Part shown: piece by piece, positions 54,339-64,000 of the stretch
Layout: each line of letters begins with the position of its first letter
Position numbering within the stretch: position 1 is the first letter of the stretch
DNA from: Octopus vulgaris
Lineage: Eukaryota
Assembly: GCA_951406725.2 (NCBI GenBank)
Contig: OX597824.1
Location: 91,574,001-91,638,000, forward strand
Length of the DNA: 64,000 bases
Direction: 5' to 3'
Translations under genes and position numbers: made by a program
The notes under the pieces: model-generated
The model's database searches: none
What the model saw: only the letters and a program-made list of their open reading frames with translations
Told to the model about the DNA's origin: nothing

Positions 54339-55280
54339 TAGTAGTGGTAGTAGTAGTGGTAGTAGTAGTAGTGGTAGTAGTAGTGGTAGTAGTAGTAGTA
54401 GTAAGATAAGATATAGAAACCAGAGCAAATGATGAAAATATCCAGATCGAAAATGACACAAAGAAAATAAAAGTGAAACAGATTAACAAAACTCCTCCTC
54501 CTCCACCTCCTCCTCCTCCTCCTCCTCATCATCATCATCATCCTGATCATCCTGATCATCATCCTCATCATCCTCATCATCATCCTCCTCCTCCTCCTCT
54601 TCCTCCTCCTCCTCATCATCATCACGTTGATAATGTTGATGATTATCGTCACTAGTTTTATCAATGTCACCACAACCACCACCACCAGCACCACCATCAC
54701 GACCCCAAACACCACCACCGCCACGATCATCATCATCATCACTACACCCATCACTACCAGCACCACTACGACGATAGCCACCGCCACCACCACCACCACC
54801 ACCACCACCACCGTCACCACCACCACCATCGCCACCACCATCATCATCCTCAGCAGCAGTAGCAGCAGCAGCAACAGCAACAACAACAATATATAGCCAT
54901 ACGTGCTTCGGTCTCCGTTTTCGTTCACCGATAGGATCCAGTGAGATATTAATCGAATTAACATAAGTGATTAATTGCATTAATTAATCGGAACGCTCAT
55001 CAATCACCGTTTAGCTTCAGTTAGTAGCTGACATGATCACGAAAACACCTACACACACACACTTCACTCACACAGAAACACATACACACACACACAGACG
55101 CACACACATACACCATATGTATAGAAGCAGATATACAGACACATGTATACGCAAGGGTATCTACTATGAATCTATACATATACAAGCATACACATATGCA
55201 TACATACATACATACATACATATATATATGTATATATTTATGTATATATATATATGTATATGTATATATATATATACATA

Positions 55281-55321
<41 letters not shown>

Positions 55322-55404
55322 GCATATATATGTATAGATGTACATATATATATACATACATATACATATGCATGCATACATACATACATACATACACACA
55401 TACA

Positions 55405-55457
<53 letters not shown>

Positions 55458-55558
55458 GGCTCTCCCATCGTTAGACGACATATGAAAGGTCGGCAACCAC
55501 TCAGATGATTTGTTTATATGTGTATGTATGTATGTATGTATGTATGTATGTATGTATG

Positions 55559-55655
<97 letters not shown>

Positions 55656-55819
55656 GGTCGGGGGTAGGGGGAATCAACTTTAGTACTTGGTATAATTATG
55701 TGTAGTTGTTGGCGCGAACCAGTGGAACAGAAAGAGACACTTTTTGGAAACTATTTACATAAGCGCATGCGTGGCTGTGTGGTAAGAAGTTTGCTTCCCA
55801 ACCACGTGGCTCTGGGTTG

Positions 55820-56120
55820 AGTTTTTCAGAACTTAAGAAAAGAATGGAATGAGCTGCAGCGAAGTTAGATATTGCGGTGGGTGGCCTGCCTCGAGCGATG
55901 CTTTTATGGATGTGGCGCTTTGGGTCAGCTGTATAAGCCTGTATGGTTATTAGCTGTGCTGATCCGGAAGTCGGGGTGGAAAATGTAAGGAAGCCCCGAT
56001 GGAGCAATCCCCACCTAAGCCACTGGAGTTAAGTGTGTGACCTTAAAGATATGTGAGCGTTTAAATCACCGATGATGGTTACAGAGAAAGGTGAAGTCAG
56101 ATATGCATCCTCGATGCAAA
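55820..56120 (-). mobile_element. Possible decayed LINE APE-endonuclease fragment
   Basis: Motif VTIIGDLNAH in GC-richer non-microsatellite sequence; no other motif clearly seen. Confidence 0.4.
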
Positions 56121-56132
56121 TATATATATGCA

Positions 56133-56318
56133 TACACATGTATATACACACACAAACACACACATGTATATATACACACAAACACACACATGTATATATA
56201 CACACAAACACACACATGTATATATACACACAAACACACACATGTATATATACACACAAACACACACATGTATATATACACACAAACACACACATGTATA
56301 TATACACACAAACACACA
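56133..56318. repeat. 26-bp tandem repeat
   Basis: cacatgtatatatacacacaaacaca, about 7 copies. Confidence 0.85.
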
Positions 56319-56673
56319 GGTGTGTGTGTGTGTGTATGCATACATATATATAAAATGCCAAACTGAAAGAGAAAAGGCAAGAAGGTGTGTAGAATTATCC
56401 TTACAGCTGTTTCGAGAATAGACACGCAGTTGGAAGAGATGCTGGCGAGCGTAACAAGCTTGAAATAAACTTATTGGAATTAGTAGATAACCCATCTAAG
56501 AAGAATTCTCTACTTTTATATCCGTCTCTCACACTCTCTCTTTCTCTCTCTCTCTCAGTATATATATATATATATATATATATATCTTCCTTTTTCTCTT
56601 CCTTCTTCTCTTTTTTTTCATTCATCTCTTCCTTTCTTTCTTTCATTCTTTCTTTCTTTTTCCTTCCTTCCTC

Positions 56674-56725
<52 letters not shown>

Positions 56726-56749
56726 TTTTCCTTCCTTCCTTCCCTGCTC

Positions 56750-56781
<32 letters not shown>

Positions 56782-56878
56782 TCATTCTTTCTTTCTTTTT
56801 TTCCTTCCTTCCTCTCTTTCTTTCTTTCTTTCTTTCTTTCATTCTTTCTTTCTTTTTTCCTTCCTTCCTTCCCTCCTC

Positions 56879-56933
<55 letters not shown>

Positions 56934-57703
56934 TACTCCCCTTCTTTCTCTCTCTCTGTTTAGCCCTTTCACTCTTTTTTTCTCCCTCACTGATTACAGT
57001 AAAACACTGAGGAACAACAATCAAAAGCGGAGCAAAACAGCGCGGAAGGATATCCTATCAATGTCGGCGGGTTTTGTTGGTCCAGTTAACAGCATAGAAA
57101 TTAATTAAATAAGAAACCAAACAACAAAAGATACCCACAAAACAAATGACATCTTCAAACAGATCGATCCAGACATATCACAAACCAGCGAGAGATTCTC
57201 TCCTCACTTGTCCACTTGGCTAGAAACAGCATCGAAATCTCCGTTAAATCCCGCTGTCATCTTGAAATATGAAGGACACGTTTTGGATAACAAATAAATG
57301 TTAAATATAGATTCATTGTGTTTGAAACAAAGACAGGATAACCACATCTGTACCGTATTTAATCACACATCTCCTCAATCAAGACCGACTTGGGGGCAAA
57401 GCGACAACAACAGCAACAACAACAGTAACAATAATAGCAACAACAAGAAGCGAATCGCGAGGGCTTGTTTCTCTGTAAATGATTACGATCATGAAATAAT
57501 AATATAAATAAAATATTGTGAATTGTCTTCTTTTTTTTAAAGCTTATTGATTGATTGATGTTTTTGTTGTTCAGTTAACGGAATTGGCAAACAAAACAAA
57601 CAAACAAAAATAGAAATAAACCGAACGAAGAACCAAAACCGAAAAACCTTTTCTAAGTAGAAAGACTTTGAGATGTCAGTTAAGAATGTGGAGACTACAC
57701 TCT

Positions 57704-57751
<48 letters not shown>

Positions 57752-57904
57752 GCACATATATATATTTGAATCTGTATATGTATATGTATGTATATATATA
57801 TATAAACATACAAATATGTTTATGTAAATTAGATATAAATGTAAATATGTATATATTTATATATACAAATCTATCTATCTAGCTATCTTTATATATATAT
57901 ATAA

Positions 57905-57974
<70 letters not shown>

Positions 57975-57983
57975 TTATATATA

Positions 57984-58143
<160 letters not shown>

Positions 58144-58804
58144 TTCTGTCTCTCCGTCTCTGATTCTCTATTTCTATCTCTGTTTGTCCGTCTATCTGTC
58201 TGTCTGTCTCACTTTATATATATATATATCCTAAGAAAGACAGGGAGAGAGTGAAAGAGGGAGAGAGAGAGAAAGAGAAAGGGAGAGCGAGAAGTAGATG
58301 TAAAAGCCCAAGGTTGGGTTAAAAAAGAAAAGAGAAAAAACAACTGGAAAGCGGAAACCAGCTGCCATTAATATAGAGTCTTTTGGGACTGTAGAGCGTA
58401 TGAGATGTCAAGGAAGATTGAGGACTTACCTATTAGAAGCTCATTTACCCAGCAATACACACACACACGCCTGCGCCCATATAACGATGCCTTCATATAT
58501 ATATATACACACACAAACACCGGTGATTGTATTAAATTATAAGGTACCAAAAGAGAATGACTTTCCCCGGAGGCAACAGAATATACAAACACAGTTTGTC
58601 TCTTTCTCCCTCTTCTTTCCGTTCTATACCTTTCTATCTCTCGCCCACACTCTCTCTCTCTCTGCCTTTCATACACACACACGTGTACGTGATTATGTCT
58701 ATACTATCAAAGATCTCCTGACGAAATGGTTTAGGTAAATCGCTTATAAGTTATCAGTTCGAATCTACCTCGGGTAGAGACTCACTCTACCCCACTGGAG
58801 ACCT

Positions 58805-59188
58805 CTTTACTCTTACTCTTTTACTCTTTTACTTGTTTCAGTCACTTGACTGCGGCCATGCTGGAGCGCCGCCTTCAATCGTGCAACTCGATCCCGGGAC
58901 TTATTCTTTGTAAGCCCAGTACTTATTCTATCGGTCTCTTTTGCCGAACCGCTAAGTGACGGGGACATAAACACACCAGCATCGGTTGTCAAGCAATGCT
59001 AGGGGGACAAACACAGACACACAAACAAACACGCACACAGTTTCCGTCTACCAAATCCACTCACAAGGCTTTGGTCGGCCCGAGGCTATAGTAGAAGACA
59101 CTTGCCCAAGGTGACACGCAGTGGGTCTGAACCCGGAACCATGTGGTTCCTAAGCAAGCTACTTACCACACAGCCACTCCTGCGCCTA
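58805..59188 (-). mobile_element. tRNA-derived SINE, full length
   Basis: Same family; the internal microsatellite segment is deleted. Confidence 0.88.
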
Positions 59189-59473
59189 TATTTTATATTT
59201 TATTTTAGCTTAACTCGTTCTATCTGTTTTTTGTTTTACCAAACTATTTCTTTATTCTTTTCAGTTCTTCGACTGCGGCCACGCTGGAGCACAATCCTGA
59301 ATGATTTTAGTTACTTATTTTCCTAGGCCTTGTACTTATTGAATCGGGCTCATTTGCTGAAACGCTAGTTTATAGGGGGTTAGACAAGCCGACCCCAGTT
59401 GTCAAGTGATAGCAGGGGAAGGGACAAATACAAGCATAAAAACATCCATATCGATCTATCTAACTATCTGTAG

Positions 59474-59505
<32 letters not shown>

Positions 59506-59687
59506 GTTCAGCAAAAATTTAGATTCAAATGAATATGGTACTTACTTTAGATGCAACAGAATCTTGTATGGTGTTATCCATAAAAATCCATAGGGTGATT
59601 ATAATCAGAATAAGCAATAAGAATGACTCCGGTAATTTGGTACGATCGTTTCGTACTACATCATTTTATTAAATGTTGCTTATTCTG

Positions 59688-59736
<49 letters not shown>

Positions 59737-59801
59737 ACTGTAGGTTAGTCACAATGGCAAATTCATGGCAGTTACCGTGGAGATATTGCTGAACACACAC
59801 A

Positions 59802-59872
<71 letters not shown>

Positions 59873-60233
59873 CACACATACACACACGGCAGGCTTCCAT
59901 ACACTTTCAGTCCACGGAATCCACTTACAAGGCAACAAGGAGTTGATCGGCCTGGTGCTGTAGGGAAAGCCAGTTGCCCAAGGTGTCGCACAATGTAATT
60001 GATCCTAGAGCTGCGTTGTTACAAAGCGAGTTTCTTAACCACACAACCACGCACACTTCAATGTATATATTTTCCTATTTAATCGCATATTACACACCTG
60101 GTATGAGGAAACAAAGTCGAGGTGTGTGAATCATCAGACCCCACCCGAAATTCCCCCCCCCACCTCAACATGAAATTCCGACCTAATTGTAAACTACACT
60201 CTGAATTGAATTTGTAGAAAATTTTATCAGAAA

Positions 60234-60625
60234 CTAGCAGTATCGCCCTGCGTTGCTCGGGTTTGTAAGGGAAATAACTATATAAGCATTTTTAGAGATG
60301 TAAATTATAATAGCCATCTCAATATGGCTAACCACAAAGGGAGGTGTTACTGTAGCTTTCTACGTTCTGAGATTTAATAATACATTTTAGAGAGTTACTT
60401 CCCTTATATAATAGCAAAAAATGCATTAAAAATGGGAAAAAATGATAGTAAATTTTTTTTTAAATCCTAGACTCATCGTAGACGCGCGCTAATACCCAGA
60501 AGGGCTCGATATGAATCACGACTATAAGATACCCGCTTTTGGTTAAACTGCACCGCAAAATGTGGGAGTAGTTAGGAATCTAAATCGTAGGAGACAGACA
60601 CACAACTTTACTTTTATATATTAGA
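60234..60625 (-). mobile_element. Non-autonomous Helitron
   Basis: 5' TCTAATATATAAAAG; 3' hairpin CCCGAGCAACGCAGGG then CTAG followed by T. Confidence 0.8.
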
Positions 60626-61311
60626 AATATTCACTTTTCGAAAAGTTGTGAGGGAGCAAATCAAGATATGCAAATTTTCTGATACTTCTCTCCACTCTTC
60701 CAAAAACCATTTTCAGAAATTCCATTATAACCAAAAATCTGCACAATGTCGAACGTATCTCCGGAAAATCTCATTATGACTTATGCAGTTTTCAGAACCT
60801 TATAACGTAAAAACTCGGGTACGGGTATTCATCAGTAGCGGTGCCGTTTTTATATTCGCTGTGATCGACGCAAGTATGTAAAAAGCATCTTTTTATTCAG
60901 CTTTTTGTTTCTTCCACAACACTTTAAAAATATGAAGTGATACAGGAATCAGGGTACATGGCCTGGTTCGAGGTTATACGTATAATCTGGTAAAATGTTT
61001 TTTTTAATGATATTGATGTAGCGTGGCAATTATTAGGGCAACCTTCTTATGTCGTAAAAAAAATATAAACTAAATAAAAAGGGGAAAAACCGCTGTCTTG
61101 CACTGTAAGATGACTGGTTTTATGATTGAAACGCGTAGTTGAAATCTGTGATAGAAAAAGAAGTTTAAAATCCACCTTTTGATAAAAAATATATTAAAAC
61201 GAAATTCAAATTTATAAGAATTTTCTAGACAGTTTAGACATTAATAGCTACCGAACTTATGTAAAAGTTACGTACTCCAAACTAATTAATAATATACATT
61301 TTTTACTATAG

Positions 61312-61382
<71 letters not shown>

Positions 61383-61890
61383 ATGTATGTATATATATAT
61401 ATATATATATGCATATATATATATATATATATATATGCGTGCATGTATGTATATATGTATGTATGTAGAAAACGAAAGAAAGCAATGGCAGGAAATGCAA
61501 ACATTCAACAGCGATAGAATAACCCGAAGCGGAGGAAGCCAGGTTCAATTCTGAACTATGCACTGTTAATAATTACATGGAGAGGGTTATATATAACATA
61601 TGGCAAGGGCATACACAATTTGGAAAGACTTCACGGAAATTGCTAACCCAGACAGCTATATATGAATGTACGTGTATAAACATATATATATATATTCTTT
61701 AATTCTCTCTCCCAAATTATCTCTCTCTCTCTCTCTCGCCCAACACACGTATATATACATGCATATATATTACTATATCACTTGATATATGCGATGTGTG
61801 TGAACGTTCGAGCATGTGAATCTAAAGCTTATAAACGTACATACACATAGGCACGGTCACACACATACAAATGCACACACACACACACGC

Positions 61891-61982
<92 letters not shown>

Positions 61983-62145
61983 AAGCATACATACAAACGC
62001 ACAAACTGCAGCACATATCTCTATAAAGATAGTTTTTGCAAACAATACTTATACATACATGCATCTTTACATATTTACATACTCATACCTGCACATACAT
62101 ATGAACAGAAAAATGTACATGTATACATATATATATATGCATGTA

Positions 62146-62230
<85 letters not shown>

Positions 62231-62354
62231 CTAGATACACTACACATACATTTATAAATATATATATATATTTAAATATATATACATATATATATACATA
62301 TATATATATATACATATACATTTATACATATATATACATATACATACATATATA

Positions 62355-62410
<56 letters not shown>

Positions 62411-63159
62411 TATGTATGTATATATATATAGTTATCTATTTCAAGTATTTCATTATATAACGTCGCAAAGAAAGTTTTCGAAGAAAGAAAGAATAAAATA
62501 GGAATCGCCATCTTGCCTCAAGAACCAAGATTAATGCTTCTAATTTATTTGAAACAAATAAATGTCATTCATTTTGGCAAAAAAACGTTGCTGAAAATGC
62601 AGAGATTCTGTCTTGGAGGGAATTTTCTTAGGAAAGTTTTGAACGGATGGAGCTGTAAAATTTGGTTTAAATCAACTCGACTCAATTATCAATAAATTTG
62701 ATTTATAACCTCTCACACATGTATACATATATACATACACACACACACATACATACCTGCATACATACATACATACATACGTACATATATACATACATAC
62801 ATACATACATACATACATACATACATACATACATACATACAAAGGTATATATATATATATATAAACATATATATATAAATATATAGACATACATACATAT
62901 GTATATGTATATGTACATATTCATATATGGCTGTGCGTGGGCATATATATGTGTATATATATGTGCACACATCATGCATATATGTTTTTTTATACATATT
63001 CATGTATACGTACATATATACATTTATATATGCATACGCAAAAATATTCACTCAGATATGCATATATAGGAATGCATGTGTGTGTGTATATATATATATA
63101 CATACACACTTAATTTATATATATCATATATATACATATATACATACACATACTCACTT

Positions 63160-63209
<50 letters not shown>

Positions 63210-64000
63210 TGTTTTATTCATTTACTTTTTAACGTGTTTCTGTCAATTTACTGTGACCATGCTGGACTACCGCCTATTATTCAAAGAAAACGATCCCTGG
63301 ACTTATTCTTGGTAAGTCTGGTGCTTATTCAATCGATGTCCTCTGCCGAACCACTAAGTTACGAGTACCTAAACACACCAACATCTGTTGTCAAGTGATG
63401 GTGGCGGGAGGACAAACACAGATATAGGCACACACGTTGTCGTTGAATGCTCGAAATGAGCAGTAGACAGACAGCCAACTACTGACGAAGGGTCCCTTCT
63501 CTGTGTTTACTTGTCCTCTTTTTCATTTTTTCTCGTTGTTTACGTATTTCCTGCTATTTGCATCGTTGGTGACGTTCTGTACCCATATATACATGTATAT
63601 ATTATATAATTATATTATTTATTATTTAATTGAACGCAACGCATCCATTTCCAAGTAAGTTTATCTCCATCTTTTCGGTGCCACTCTCTACTCTCTAATG
63701 TTTTCTTCCTCCATCCTTCCCTAATTCCCTTTTCCTCCCCCTTCCTTCACTGTTTTCTATCTGTTTCTCCCCCTCTTTCTTTTCTCTTATCTCTCTCTCG
63801 TTGCTCACACGTGACCATCGTCCATCTTTCTTTCCTCACATGACCGTCTTTATCTACACGGACGTTTAAACGAACGGATGTGCTTTTCTCTCTCTCTATC
63901 TTTTCTCTTTAAAATAGAAACATGTTTCTCCTAGCATTCATTATTTTCCTGTCGTTCTGGTCGAACGACCCTCCATGTTTGTTTTCGTTCGACTTCCTTG

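Noticed and set aside
54483-54980. Gly/Asp/Glu-rich 165-aa ORF
   Set aside because: Compound triplet microsatellite.

Overview
Eukaryotic, AT-rich, microsatellite-saturated genomic DNA. The SINE families, (TA)n/(TATC)n/(AAT)n tracts and a TTAGGG motif look like an octopus/coleoid cephalopod genome; this is inferred from repeat style only. Nearly all ORFs in the supplied track are microsatellite artefacts. One real spliced gene can be reconstructed by hand on the minus strand: a six-exon C4orf33/UPF0462-like gene (33734-33691, 18687-18470, 14267-14210, 13450-13399, 12647-12457, 7793-7685; 672 nt, 223 aa, all GT-AG, phases consistent). Unlike the human protein as I recall it, it begins with a signal peptide, and it may have a second, signal-less first exon. 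The rest is transposon material: more than 25 copies of a tRNA-derived SINE, Meta-domain-type SINEs, CR1, RTE and RLE (R4/Dong-like) LINE fragments, deleted mariner/Tc1 elements, an RT-less Ty3/Gypsy remnant, Helitrons and foldback elements. The most striking non-coding signal is a set of at least seven sequence-distinct families of type I hammerhead-ribozyme-like motifs. Four have intact cores and palindromic or near-palindromic stem III, and the motifs sit in Penelope-like inverted or tandem repeats.
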